Below, one piece after another: positions 1-10,562 of a stretch of 64,000 nucleotides of DNA. Origin of the DNA: Promethearchaeota archaeon (lineage in GTDB: Archaea > Asgardarchaeota > Lokiarchaeia > Sigyniarchaeales > SOKP01); the NCBI GenBank assembly GCA_019058445.1, contig JAHPZA010000006.1:288001-352000 (forward strand). The letters run 5' to 3'. The notes below the pieces were generated by a model. The model searched no databases and was not told the origin of the DNA. It was given only the letters and a program-made list of their open reading frames with translations. Position 1 is the stretch's first letter. Every line of letters starts with the position of its first letter. A program made the position numbers and the translations under genes.

Positions 1-589
1 GGATGGGAATATGAACCGCATAATAAGAAAGATAGAGGAAAAAAGGTGAATCTCCATTAGTTTTAATAAGCTTAATGGCCTCATCAGTGAGTCTATCGGT
101 AAGATACTCACCTTTAGGGCCGTCTTTTAGTCTGGGATTTCCATAGGGACTAAAATAGCCTCTCAATGGCAATCCCCAGTCACAACCTGCAATATTCACA
201 TCAAAACCATGATGCTCCGGCCAATAAGGCTCATTTCCAAGATGCCACTTACCGACATGATATGTATGATAGCCTGCTTTTTTAAGAACGCGAGCTATGG
301 TTTTTTCTTCTAAGGGAAGATGATCAATATAAGGTGCAGATAATAGTTTTCCTTTCGAGTGGTCTCCAATAAAGGTGGTAATTCCTAATGAAGCGGGATA
401 TTTGCCAGTTAAAATACTTGCCCTTGTAGGTGAACATACGGGACAAGCAGCATATGCATCAGTAAAACGCATCCCCTCTTTAACCATCGCATCTAAGTGA
501 GGGGTTTCATAGAATTCACTTCCATAACAACCTAAGTCTTTCCATCCCATATCATCGATCAGTATAAATATAATGTTCGGTTTTGACAT
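1..589 (-). CDS. Sulfatase (arylsulfatase family), 5' part; runs off the window edge
   Basis: Manual translation from ATG at 589: MSKPNIIFILIDDMGWKDLGCYG...CPVCSPTRASILTGKY...GKWHLG; CxPxR formylglycine motif. Not in the ORF track because it is truncated. Confidence 0.92.
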   Translation of the reverse strand, partial: MSKPNIIFILIDDMGWKDLGCYGSEFYETPHLDAMVKEGMRFTDAYAACPVCSPTRASILTGKYPASLGITTFIGDHSKGKLLSAPYIDHLPLEEKTIARVLKKAGYHTYHVGKWHLGNEPYWPEHHGFDVNIAGCDWGLPLRGYFSPYGNPRLKDGPKGEYLTDRLTDEAIKLIKTNGDSPFFLYLSYYAVHIPI

Positions 590-666
590 CTTAATCTACT
601 TTCCCTTATGTATTTCAATTTTATATGAAATAACTATCAAAAATAAAGAAACTGATAGTATTAGTT

Positions 667-2103
667 TCAAAGTCCTAACTCCATCAATTTTTCTCTATTC
701 AATTTTGCTTCTTCTTTTGTAATGGTATACATTGTAGCAAACACGATTACACCTAGTAAAACAAACACAAATGGAATAAGAGAAATAATAAGCTTTAATC
801 CGAACTTGGCAAGTTCCGTTTGATTAGCACCTCTGGCTGGAACATATCCGGTAATAGTCCATACCATTGCAAATATAAGTGTTTGAAAAAACCATGAAAA
901 TGCAGAAAATACTCGCATCACTCCCATATAACTTGCTTCTTCACGTTTTCCGGTTTTTACCACAGCATTATCAATAGTCTCCGCTTGAACGAGACTATAC
1001 ACGACTCCCCAATTTGCGCTATAACCTATGCCCACCAGAGCTATAACAATTATAAATCCAATATAATCTGTTACAAAGAAGAGTAGTAGGTATGGTATAG
1101 CAGAGGCAATCAAACCCGCAAGATAAGTTTTTTTAATGCTCCAAAGCTTCTTTGGTAGATATACCCAAAGAGGAATCGTAATGATTGCGATTAATAAAAC
1201 GGCCAGCATGGGAAGAATTGTAGCCTCTATCCCCAATCCAAGATAATGAAGTACAAAAAAATTTATCCCCGCTAAAATACAAGCTCCCGCAATTGCCCAA
1301 CAGAGAAAAGCAAATAAATATGACATCCAATTTCTATCCTTAAATATTCGAACAAGCACTTCCCTTACAGAAACCGAAACATTTTCTTCTTTCTCTAATT
1401 TTAATCGTGTTTCTTTCATTTCCTCCGTTTCCCGAACCCCCCAATGCAAGGGTATTATAAGAATATAATTTAGAATAGCTACAAATATGACTGCTCCTAA
1501 ATATGCATTTGGATTGGTTGCGCCCCCTAAATTTGCTATAATTAACGGAATTGAAATCGATGCTATTATTTGACAAATAAGCACGATAAACATACCGATT
1601 CCCGCAACATTAGCCCTTTGCTCTAAATCTCGAAATAAATCGGGAAATAGAGATACATGGCTTATTTCCCGAACCGTCAAGAAAGTTTCGTAAATGCACA
1701 TCATAATTATCAACCAGATGGCAGCATATACTGCCATCTCGGCACTTAAACTTGCATCAAAGACAGGTACAAAACATAATATTAAGATACCTGGAGAAAA
1801 AATTGCTCCTATCATTATCCATGGATATCTTTTTCCATATTTAGCTGTAAATCTCCTAGACCTATCCGTAAGATACCCCAATATTGGATCATTTATCCCA
1901 TCTACGATAGAATACACAAGATAAATAATTGGAATTAAAAAAATGGGGATTAGTAGGACAGATACGGCAAAAAACTGGAGATATCCCCACATAACAAACA
2001 GCATGATGCTCATAAATGCAGATATTTGATAATATACTTGTCTTTTAATGCTGTGCTTCTTCTTGGAATTTACCTGATTAGAATTTTCTTGATTCATTTT
2101 CAT
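667..2103 (-). CDS. GPH-family (MelB-like) MFS sugar/glycoside:cation symporter
   Basis: DGINDPILGYLTDR..GKRYPW and TGKREEASYMG motifs; ~12 hydrophobic segments. Confidence 0.88.
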   Translation of the reverse strand: MKMNQENSNQVNSKKKHSIKRQVYYQISAFMSIMLFVMWGYLQFFAVSVLLIPIFLIPIIYLVYSIVDGINDPILGYLTDRSRRFTAKYGKRYPWIMIGAIFSPGILILCFVPVFDASLSAEMAVYAAIWLIIMMCIYETFLTVREISHVSLFPDLFRDLEQRANVAGIGMFIVLICQIIASISIPLIIANLGGATNPNAYLGAVIFVAILNYILIIPLHWGVRETEEMKETRLKLEKEENVSVSVREVLVRIFKDRNWMSYLFAFLCWAIAGACILAGINFFVLHYLGLGIEATILPMLAVLLIAIITIPLWVYLPKKLWSIKKTYLAGLIASAIPYLLLFFVTDYIGFIIVIALVGIGYSANWGVVYSLVQAETIDNAVVKTGKREEASYMGVMRVFSAFSWFFQTLIFAMVWTITGYVPARGANQTELAKFGLKLIISLIPFVFVLLGVIVFATMYTITKEEAKLNREKLMELGL

Positions 2104-2260
2104 TGGCCGTAATTTTATTTTTACAATAATTTATATCATGAAAGCATAAATATATTTTTTTAAAATTAGGAGTAAAACTTTACACAAAATAAGACAAATT
2201 TTATTAAATTTTCAATATTAACTTACATAGATGAAATTCATTAAATTATAGGATCCCAAA

Positions 2261-2947
2261 ATGAATAAACAGAAGACCAAATCCAGAGCTCGCTCGCCTC
2301 AAAAGAAACAAGAACAATTTGATAAAATTTTAGAAGTGGGCAGAGATATGTTTGTAAAATACGGAACCCACGGATTTAGTACCCGAATATTAGCAGAAAA
2401 GCTAGGAATGACACAGCCCAATCTTTATAATTATGTTTCAAGTAAGCGAGAGCTATGGATTGCCATAAGAACTAAATACTACAACGAATTTTATAAGGGT
2501 ATTCGAAAAATTATCGGAGAACATAAAGGCACAATTGTTGAGCTTCTTTATAAATTTGCAGAATATTACCTTGAATTCGCAGCTGCAGACTATAAAAGAT
2601 TTCAAATTATGTTCGTACTTGCAGCACCTCCATCCAAAAAAACTGGACCTTTAGAAAAGGAATATAATCCCTTCCTAACAACAAGATTTGTTTTAGATTA
2701 TGTTAAAAAAGCAATTGAAGCTAATGAACTAATCCCTGATGGCTCAATTGAGTTATTTTATGCTATTTATTCATTAATTTACGGAGCGGCAAAAGTTGAA
2801 GCAGATTTGAAATTACGTGATAAAATTACAGAACCTATGACTGGAGAATTTTATTCTCTCTCAGCCATAGAATTTCGTAAATTCATTATTAAAGAACTTC
2901 GGGATCGTATTGAGAGAAATCGTATCAATAAAAATTCATTGAAATAA
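2261..2947 (+). CDS. TetR/AcrR-family regulator (tandem paralog 1)
   Basis: N-terminal HTH GFSTRILAEKLGMTQPNLYNYVSSKRELW. Confidence 0.9.
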   Translation: MNKQKTKSRARSPQKKQEQFDKILEVGRDMFVKYGTHGFSTRILAEKLGMTQPNLYNYVSSKRELWIAIRTKYYNEFYKGIRKIIGEHKGTIVELLYKFAEYYLEFAAADYKRFQIMFVLAAPPSKKTGPLEKEYNPFLTTRFVLDYVKKAIEANELIPDGSIELFYAIYSLIYGAAKVEADLKLRDKITEPMTGEFYSLSAIEFRKFIIKELRDRIERNRINKNSLK

Positions 2948-3131
2948 TTTAGACACTGTAAAATCCAAAAAAAGGTTATTTTTTAGAACCATAATCTAAT
3001 CTTCGGATTTTTTAATATAATTTTTAGTTTCAAACCTTTTCTTTTATCACTATTTCAATAGCATATACCAAAACTAATCTTAAAGTCACAGATTAAGTTA
3101 AATTTTATCTTTTGAGTTTTACAATAATCTT

Positions 3132-3198
3132 CAATAGTTTTATTAATTCTTGGATGTTTATTCATATATGGAAGATTGATATCTCAGATGAATATAAG
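3132..3198 (+). promoter_or_regulatory. Duplicated promoter/5'UTR of TetR paralog 2 (TATA-like TTTTATTAA)
   Basis: Near-identical to 3946..4014: caata-ttttattaattctt-gatgt-tattcat...atatctcagatgaa. Confidence 0.65.
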
Positions 3199-3876
3199 AT
3201 GAATGCTAAAAAAAAGAAGACTAGGGCTCGTTCACCGGAAAAGAAAGCAGAACAATTTGACAGAATTTTAGAGGCGGGTAAGGATATGTTCGTTAAATTT
3301 GGTTCACATGGATTTAGTACACGAGCTTTAGCCCAGAAATTAGGTATGACGCAACCAAATCTCTATAATTATGTGAAGAGTAAAAGGGAATTATGGATTG
3401 CAATTAGAATTAAATATTATAAAGAATATTCAGAAGGGCTCAAAAAATTAATTAATGAACATCAAGGGTCATATACTGAACTCTTTTTTAAATTTGCAGA
3501 ATATTTTCTTGAATTTGCGAGTGCTGATTATAAAAGATTTCAGTTAATGTACTTAATTTCTGCTCCACCCTCTAAAAAAGTTGGACCTTTAGAAAAAGAG
3601 TATAAACCATTTCAATTAACCAAAATGTTTTTAGATATAGCAAAAAAAGCTGTAGAAGCTGGAGAAGTAAATAGGAATACTGCGACTGAGCTTTTCTATA
3701 GCATGTATGCGCATCTCTTTGGAGCGGCCAAAGTTGAAGCTGATCTGAAATTACGGAATAAAATTACAGAACCTATTATAGGAGATTTTTATACATTGAC
3801 TGCTAAGAAATATCGAATGTATGTATTAACAGAAATTCGAAATCGTTTAGAAAGAAATGTTTTGAAAAGCCAATAA
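3199..3876 (+). CDS. TetR/AcrR-family regulator (tandem paralog 2)
   Basis: Same HTH; start moved from 3112 to ATG 3199 (MNAKKKKTRARSP) by alignment with the paralogs and the duplicated upstream region. Confidence 0.9.
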   Translation: MNAKKKKTRARSPEKKAEQFDRILEAGKDMFVKFGSHGFSTRALAQKLGMTQPNLYNYVKSKRELWIAIRIKYYKEYSEGLKKLINEHQGSYTELFFKFAEYFLEFASADYKRFQLMYLISAPPSKKVGPLEKEYKPFQLTKMFLDIAKKAVEAGEVNRNTATELFYSMYAHLFGAAKVEADLKLRNKITEPIIGDFYTLTAKKYRMYVLTEIRNRLERNVLKSQ

Positions 3877-3945
3877 ATTAATTTGTTGGCAAAATTAAGG
3901 ATCTTTAACTTAAACTTATCATCGATAATTATAATTATTATTTAA

Positions 3946-4014
3946 CAATAATTTTATTAATTCTTTGATGTATATTCATCTAAAAGAAAATTTTATATCT
4001 CAGATGAAGATATT
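3946..4014 (+). promoter_or_regulatory. Duplicated promoter/5'UTR of TetR paralog 3; contains the inverted repeat TTCATCT..AGATGAA
   Basis: Near-identical to 3132..3198; inverted repeat at 3975-3981 / 4002-4008. Confidence 0.6.
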
Positions 4015-4683
4015 TTGAATATTCAAAAAAAAAAGACCAGAGCTCGAAGTCCAGAAAAAAAAGCGGAACAATTTGATAAAATTTTAGAAGAAGGGAAGAA
4101 ATTGTTCATTCAATACGGAACGCAAGGATTTAGTACTCGAATATTAGCCCAGAGATTAGGTATGACACAGCCAAATCTTTATAATTACGTAACAAGCAAA
4201 AGAGAATTATGGATCGCAATAAAAAGTAAATATTATGATGATTATTTTAAGGGATTTCAAAATATACTTGATGAACATACGGGCTCTTATCTTGACTTAT
4301 TTTATAAGCTTGTAGAATATTTAATTGAATTTTTGAACGCTGATTATGAGAGATTTCAGATAATGTTCATACTCTCTGCTCCACCATCTAAAAGAAAAGG
4401 ACTCTTAGAAAAATCATATAAACCATTTCCAATATTAAAATTTGCATTAGAATTAGTGGAAAAAGCAGCTAAAAATAATGAAATAAATAGAGAAATGGCA
4501 ATGGAATTATTTTATAGCATATATAGTTATATATTAGGAGTCACAAAAGTTAGATATGATCTAAGTGTGAGCAGTAAAATTTCAGAATCCTTGGAAGGTT
4601 TTTCCTCGATGCCTTATAAAAAATATCGAGAATTAATATTAAAGGAAATTAAGGATCGCATAGAGAGAAGTCGCAAAAAATGA
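4015..4683 (+). CDS. TetR/AcrR-family regulator (tandem paralog 3), TTG start
   Basis: HTH GFSTRILAQRLGMTQPNLYNY; shared SAPPSK motif. Confidence 0.9.
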   Translation: MNIQKKKTRARSPEKKAEQFDKILEEGKKLFIQYGTQGFSTRILAQRLGMTQPNLYNYVTSKRELWIAIKSKYYDDYFKGFQNILDEHTGSYLDLFYKLVEYLIEFLNADYERFQIMFILSAPPSKRKGLLEKSYKPFPILKFALELVEKAAKNNEINREMAMELFYSIYSYILGVTKVRYDLSVSSKISESLEGFSSMPYKKYRELILKEIKDRIERSRKK

Positions 4684-5092
4684 AGCAATTTATTCTTGTA
4701 TTATGAAAGCCCTCAAATAAAACTTTAATTTAGGCTATTAATATTTTAACCAAATTTTTTATAGGATGGAATCCCATATTAGCGCTTTTGAGGTCTAATC
4801 TTATAAAAACTAATTGGAAAGATGATGAAATACCAAGATAACTACAGATTTTCCTTTAGATAATAATTTATCAAAGTTTTATGAACTAAAATACCTAATA
4901 TCATTAAGCTCGTCTTGAATATTAAGTTTACACAGTAGACTTTAAAGTCTGTTATTTGAATTTCATTTTACAACTTCGAATGGTTTTAAAGCTATACACA
5001 ACTCTTTCTAGCAAATAATCAATGATAATTCGGATAACCCTTTTAAAAAAACGAATTTTCACAGAATTAACAAAAATTTGATGGTTTAGAAA

Positions 5093-5842
5093 ATGACACT
5101 ACTTAACGACTTAATCATTGTATTGTTAACATATGTTTACGTTGTCTTGACAATTATAATTCCTGTGCAATTGAAAAAGAGAGATAAAATTTCGAAATTT
5201 ACAGCTCGCAAAACTGTCCATTTATTAGCTGGTCTCGCCATATTAGTTACACCCCTTTTTACTTATCCTGCTTTCGCTCTATTGATAGCGGGGCCTCTTA
5301 CTATTCTGGTGTTTTTTAGTTCAAAAGAATCTAAAGTTGAATTACTAAAAGATCTTTATGACTCTATTGGAGAAGAAGAGGAAGAAAAGTTGAAGCGGAA
5401 ATTTCTTCAAGGCCCCTTTAACTATTGTCTATCAATAACTATTCTTGTTGCGATTTTCATCTTCCTTGCCCCTAATCAATTGTATTTTGCGATGGCGGGT
5501 ATACTTATTATGATAATTGCTGATACTATGGCGTCAGTTGTAGGAAAGCGTTGGGGTAAAATTACAATTAAGCTCCCTTGGACGGGGAAAAGAACTCTAT
5601 TAGGTTCTACAACTATGTTTAGCTTTTCTTTCATATTATCCTTCGGTTCATATTGGTATTTTGGGCTTTTTAATCCGCTAACACAGATTCCATTAACTTG
5701 GGATATAATTCTCTTATATTCGTTTATTACAGCACTATTAGCAACTATTATTGAAATATTAAGCCCCTCAACTTGGGATGATATGACTGTCCCTATCGGG
5801 ACAACCATAATTATATATCTATTGACTTTTATCTATTTATGA
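5093..5842 (+). CDS. Polyprenol kinase (dolichol/phytol kinase, SEC59/VTE5 family)
   Basis: RKTVH, ADTMASVVGKRWG, KRTLLGS and DDMTVP motifs; multi-TM. Confidence 0.8.
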   Translation: MTLLNDLIIVLLTYVYVVLTIIIPVQLKKRDKISKFTARKTVHLLAGLAILVTPLFTYPAFALLIAGPLTILVFFSSKESKVELLKDLYDSIGEEEEEKLKRKFLQGPFNYCLSITILVAIFIFLAPNQLYFAMAGILIMIIADTMASVVGKRWGKITIKLPWTGKRTLLGSTTMFSFSFILSFGSYWYFGLFNPLTQIPLTWDIILLYSFITALLATIIEILSPSTWDDMTVPIGTTIIIYLLTFIYL

Positions 5843-5886
5843 AATTTTATTTTTTTTTTATATTTTTTTACTAAATAGCTGAGAAT

Positions 5887-7266
5887 ATGGAAAATCTTAA
5901 AAAATCTTTTGATGTAATTGTTGTTGGAGCCGGTACTGGAGGTACTACAGCCGCACGTTTTGCTGCTAAAAAAGGTTTGGATGTATGTCTTATAGACAGA
6001 AAAGAGAAGAGCCATATAGGTGATAAAATTTGCGGTGACGCTGTCGGGGCTGAAATTTTTGATATATTAAAGATAAATCCTCCGCAAGGTGAAGAATTAT
6101 CTTGTCATATTAAAGGGGCAAAATTATATCCTCCAAATATGAAAAAATGTTTGACCTTAATAGATCCAAAACAGGCGGGATATATTGTAAATCGGTTGGA
6201 ATTTGGACAGAGGTTACTTAATGAAGCCCTTGATGCGGGTGTTGCACAGTTCTTAGATAATACTATGGTATTGGATTTAATATATAAAGAAAAGTTCGTC
6301 TCAGGTTTAAAAGTACGTTTAAGTAATGGTGAAAAATTTGATTTAAATGCTAAACTTGTTATAGACGGAAGCGGTTTTAACACGCCATTGAGAAAGAAAG
6401 CGAAAAATCCTTTAATTGAGAACGAGATTTCAAAAACTGATGCCATATTATGTTATCGAGAAATAGTAAGATTTCCGAAAGGAGATCAGGAAGTTATGGA
6501 TCCTGAATATATTTCAATTATTTTGGATAAGGAAAAAGCTCCTGGGGGTTATATTTGGTATTTCCCTAAAAATGAAACCTCACTAAATATTGGATTAGGA
6601 GTGTTTATGGATTATGGGGGAAAAGTAAAAGAGTTTTATCAAAATAATGTATTTAAAGAATTTATAAAAACACCCAATTATGAAATACTCTCTTCTGGAG
6701 GAGGAGTAGCTCCTATAAGAAGACCATTATGGTCGTGTGCTGACAATGGTTTTATGTTAATTGGAGATGCTGCATGTCATGTAAATCCACTTCATGGAGG
6801 AGGAATCGATCCCTCAATGAGAGCTGGATTTTATGCTGCCAATACTGCTGTTCAAGCTATTGAACAAGCAGATTTTTCTTTACAGAAGCTATGGGATTTT
6901 AATTATGAAATTATGACAAGTATTGGAGCAGAGTTCGCAGCTCTTGATTTATTAAGACGTGTTCTTCAAAGACTATCAAATGATTCATTAAATTTTGGTT
7001 TAGAAAAAGATTTGTTATCTAGTGAAGAAATTCTGCAAGTATCCTCTACAGGAAGCTTAGATTTATCCTTATTGAGCATGGCTACTAAAGCAATTAAAGG
7101 TATTGCAAATCCAAAACTAATGCTTGATTTAAATTACTTACGAATAAAGATGAATGAAATTATTAAGCATTATAAGAATTTTCCACGGTATAATGAAGAT
7201 TTTGAAGTGTGGAAGAATAAAACTATTGATATATATGAAAAAGTAGAGAAAATGTCTTACGGTTAA
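5887..7266 (+). CDS. Digeranylgeranylglycerophospholipid (geranylgeranyl) reductase
   Basis: FAD motif DVIVVGAGTGG, KICGDAV, PGGYIWYFPK, IGDAA..VNPLHGGGI. Confidence 0.88.
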   Translation: MENLKKSFDVIVVGAGTGGTTAARFAAKKGLDVCLIDRKEKSHIGDKICGDAVGAEIFDILKINPPQGEELSCHIKGAKLYPPNMKKCLTLIDPKQAGYIVNRLEFGQRLLNEALDAGVAQFLDNTMVLDLIYKEKFVSGLKVRLSNGEKFDLNAKLVIDGSGFNTPLRKKAKNPLIENEISKTDAILCYREIVRFPKGDQEVMDPEYISIILDKEKAPGGYIWYFPKNETSLNIGLGVFMDYGGKVKEFYQNNVFKEFIKTPNYEILSSGGGVAPIRRPLWSCADNGFMLIGDAACHVNPLHGGGIDPSMRAGFYAANTAVQAIEQADFSLQKLWDFNYEIMTSIGAEFAALDLLRRVLQRLSNDSLNFGLEKDLLSSEEILQVSSTGSLDLSLLSMATKAIKGIANPKLMLDLNYLRIKMNEIIKHYKNFPRYNEDFEVWKNKTIDIYEKVEKMSYG

Positions 7267-7293
7267 ATTAACAAACTAATAAAGGAGATTTAT

Positions 7294-8118
7294 ATGGTTG
7301 ATATAATCTTAAATAACGAGAAGAAGCATGCTACATACGAGTATATTATTAACAAACTCAATCGCGAAGGAGCCTTGCATTTTTCATTAATTGATCCAGA
7401 CCCATTTCGACAAAGTCCTAGTAAAGCTGCAAAAATGGGAAAACTAGCTGAACAGGCAGGAACAGATGCAATACTAGTAGGAGGGAGTACAGCCTTTGAT
7501 CAAGTGTATGTGGATAAAACAATAGAATTAATTAAAAAAGATGTCCAAGTACCTATAATTATCTTTCCTGGAGGGTTTGCGAACGTATCTAAGAGAGCCG
7601 ATGCTATTCTGTTCATGTCAGTTCTAAATTCTAACAATCATTACTTTTTCATAGGATATCAGGCACTTGGTTCTTATTTAGTTAAAATGGCGGGCATTGA
7701 ACATATTCCAATGGGATACCTCATAATTGAACCGGGAGCTTCAGCTGGATGGATTTCTGATGCAAAACTTCTTCCACGAAATAAACCTAAACTAACTGCC
7801 GCATACTCGTTAGCAGCGGAAATGTTTGGATTTAAACTCATATATTTAGAAGCAGGTTCTGGTGGAAATAGTATTCCTCCAGAAATCATCAAATTATGCT
7901 CGCAAGTTCTAAGTATACCTATTATTGCGGGAGGAGGAGTTCAAACGAAAGAGGATGCTGCTGCTTTCGTGGAGGCAGGTGCCGATATAATTGTAATGGG
8001 CACATTTTTAGAAAATAATCTCATGAAAGATAAGGGAGCATCATTGAAAGTAATTATTGATGCAATTAAAGATACCGCAAAAAATTCTAATAATAGAAGA
8101 ACCTTCCAAAAAATATAG
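7294..8118 (+). CDS. Geranylgeranylglyceryl phosphate synthase (GGGPS, PcrB family)
   Basis: HFSLIDPD, TDAILVGGS, IYLEAGSG, GGG..GADIIVMGT. Confidence 0.92.
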   Translation: MVDIILNNEKKHATYEYIINKLNREGALHFSLIDPDPFRQSPSKAAKMGKLAEQAGTDAILVGGSTAFDQVYVDKTIELIKKDVQVPIIIFPGGFANVSKRADAILFMSVLNSNNHYFFIGYQALGSYLVKMAGIEHIPMGYLIIEPGASAGWISDAKLLPRNKPKLTAAYSLAAEMFGFKLIYLEAGSGGNSIPPEIIKLCSQVLSIPIIAGGGVQTKEDAAAFVEAGADIIVMGTFLENNLMKDKGASLKVIIDAIKDTAKNSNNRRTFQKI

Positions 8119-8146
8119 AGCTAAAATAAAATTGCTAGGATTTTTA

Positions 8147-9274
8147 TTACTCGCCACAGTAATTATTTCCTACATAATTTTCTAATCCCTCTAAAATGCT
8201 TCTTGTACCCTCTTTCTTGTAAACATCCATTAAATCATTACGAGTTGCAGTTACCCCTCTTCTAGCAGATAAATATCCCATTAAAACCGTAGCAATAGCT
8301 TCTTTTGCTTGTTCTGGTGTAAATTCTGGATCCTTATCTTTAATTATGCAATCCACAAAATACTCATCTTCTATTCTTGAAGAAATATCATAATATTTTG
8401 GAAATGGACTATGCTCAATCTCAGGTTCATGCCATTTATTTTTGTTTTCGCCCATCTCTTTGCTGCTAGAGAAAATTTTCACAGGATTTTCCCATGAATG
8501 ATCCTCCAAAATGGTACCTTTTGTACCATATACTTCAATTTGGTTTGTAGGGGTAGTTCTTACGACAAAACTTACCACAACATTTGCAACGGCACCTTTA
8601 CTAAACTTTAAGAACATCATGGCATTATCTTCAGCCTTTTCTTGTAAGGTTGTGCATTGTTTTGTTATCCAACTATATGCTGCTTCTACTTTATCATTTA
8701 ATATCCAATTCATTGTTGCAAATTTATGTGCACCCATATCCATCAAAGAGCCACCTCCCGCCTTTATTGGATGTCCTTTCCAAAATCCTTCTCGCATTAA
8801 TCCTGGAATCTCATTTACGCCTTCATATGAACGGATTAAAACCACATTTCCGATTAACCCTTTCTGAATTGCCTCCATTATATATTTATGAGCAGGCAAG
8901 AACCGATGATTTTCAGCAATCATAAATTTAACTCCCGCTTTTCGGGTAGCCTTTATCATTTGGTCACATCCTTCAAGTGTAGTTGCCATTGGTTTTTCAC
9001 AAAGAACATGTTTTCCGGCTTCAGCAGCTGCAATTACCATCTCTTCATGGAGAAAATGGGGAACCATAATTAAAACGGCGTCTATATCACTGTTCAGAAA
9101 TTTATCCAAATTTGAAAAATAATCCATTTTATAATTTTTGGCCGCTCTTTTTCCTGCCTTTTCATTAATATCGTAACAAGAAACAAACTTTATTTTTTTT
9201 ATATTTCTGGTTCCCGCACTGTGAAAGGCCCATGCTCCACCTAATCCTATGATTCCAAATTTGACAATATCCAT
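8147..9274 (-). CDS. Gfo/Idh/MocA-family oxidoreductase
   Basis: GIIGLG, AGKHVLCEKPMA, GGGSLMDMGAH. Confidence 0.92.
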   Translation of the reverse strand: MDIVKFGIIGLGGAWAFHSAGTRNIKKIKFVSCYDINEKAGKRAAKNYKMDYFSNLDKFLNSDIDAVLIMVPHFLHEEMVIAAAEAGKHVLCEKPMATTLEGCDQMIKATRKAGVKFMIAENHRFLPAHKYIMEAIQKGLIGNVVLIRSYEGVNEIPGLMREGFWKGHPIKAGGGSLMDMGAHKFATMNWILNDKVEAAYSWITKQCTTLQEKAEDNAMMFLKFSKGAVANVVVSFVVRTTPTNQIEVYGTKGTILEDHSWENPVKIFSSSKEMGENKNKWHEPEIEHSPFPKYYDISSRIEDEYFVDCIIKDKDPEFTPEQAKEAIATVLMGYLSARRGVTATRNDLMDVYKKEGTRSILEGLENYVGNNYCGE

Positions 9275-9417
9275 AATAATGAAATTGAACTAATAAATAA
9301 ATAAATTATCAAGCCTCTATTTAAAGTTTGATCACTCTATATAAGTAAAATAATTAAGTTAATACTCTTTACAAAAATTAAATTTCTTTAATATCAAGAT
9401 AATTTTGATGATTAAAC

Positions 9418-10551
9418 ATGGCAGACCCGATTGGTTATAATAAAGATAAAGCAAATGAAATTTTAAATAAATATGATATTGATTTATTAATTGCTTCTAC
9501 ACCTGTGAATGTTTTTTATTTGACAGGATTACCGGTATTACATGTTGCTCCAAATCCAATTTTATATGTCTTACAGAATCAATATCCTTTTTTAGGTTTG
9601 GTGCGCAGAGATGGGGAAGAAAGTGCATTAATATGGTCATTATATGATAGTGTTGAAGAGTTTTCATGGATAGATCCAAGTGAAGTTTATCGAGTAGGGT
9701 CACTTAATGCTTCCAAGAAAATTCTAGCAAGAAAGATAAATGAATGGAATTTATCTAACAAGACCATTGGAATTGAGTCATTCATGCCTTTTTACCAATA
9801 TGAAGCATTGAAGAAAGAATTTCCTAATGCAAAAATTGTTAATGGAGATCGTGCTTTTATTGATATGCGGATGGTTAAAACCGAGGAGGAAGTGCGACGG
9901 ATAAAAAAATCTACGGAAATTGCGGATAAAGCAATTCAGGCGTGCATAGATGCTACAGAATTAAATGTGCTTGATACAGAATTATTGCAAATCGCTCGTA
10001 GAACTATAGTCGATGAAGGAGCCGAAGGGTGGGATCATCTTACGCAGAATATTGGGCCGTCTGATCCTGAAGCACCAGGTACAGGAATTCCAGTAACTCC
10101 TAATGATATTGTTAGATTTGATTTTGGAGCTGTATGGCAAGGATATGTATCTGACATTAGTAGAGGTGTTGTTGTCGGTGAAATCCCTAAAAAAGCTAAA
10201 GAAGCGATGGATGTTATGATACAATTGCAGGAATTTTGTGTTGAAAACATAGAAGTTGGCAAGAATTCTAATGAATTATATAAAGAAGCTCAAGCGTATT
10301 TAAAATCAATTTCTAAAAGAGGTTTCTACTTAATTACAGGGCATAGTATTGGATTAGAATGTGAAGAAGCACATCTTTTTAGCGCTATAGAATCATATGA
10401 TGTGCCTTTTGAAGAAAATATGGTCCTTGATATAGAAGTTTGGTTAAGCGTGAGAGGGCAGGGATTAGTTGGTATTGAAGATTGTTATAGAGTTAAATCC
10501 AAAGGTTGTGAACGATTGTCTAGCTTAGATAAGGAAATTGTTCTTAAATAG
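9418..10551 (+). CDS. M24 (Xaa-Pro aminopeptidase/creatinase fold) metallohydrolase
   Basis: NVFYLTG, RMVKTEEEV, DFGAVWQGYVSDISR, GHSIG, IE, GIED metal ligands. Confidence 0.85.
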   Translation: MADPIGYNKDKANEILNKYDIDLLIASTPVNVFYLTGLPVLHVAPNPILYVLQNQYPFLGLVRRDGEESALIWSLYDSVEEFSWIDPSEVYRVGSLNASKKILARKINEWNLSNKTIGIESFMPFYQYEALKKEFPNAKIVNGDRAFIDMRMVKTEEEVRRIKKSTEIADKAIQACIDATELNVLDTELLQIARRTIVDEGAEGWDHLTQNIGPSDPEAPGTGIPVTPNDIVRFDFGAVWQGYVSDISRGVVVGEIPKKAKEAMDVMIQLQEFCVENIEVGKNSNELYKEAQAYLKSISKRGFYLITGHSIGLECEEAHLFSAIESYDVPFEENMVLDIEVWLSVRGQGLVGIEDCYRVKSKGCERLSSLDKEIVLK

Positions 10552-10562
10552 GGCTATAAATT

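Noticed and set aside
3112-3198. N-terminal extension of TetR paralog 2
   Set aside because: Corresponds to the duplicated promoter/UTR also found before paralog 3.
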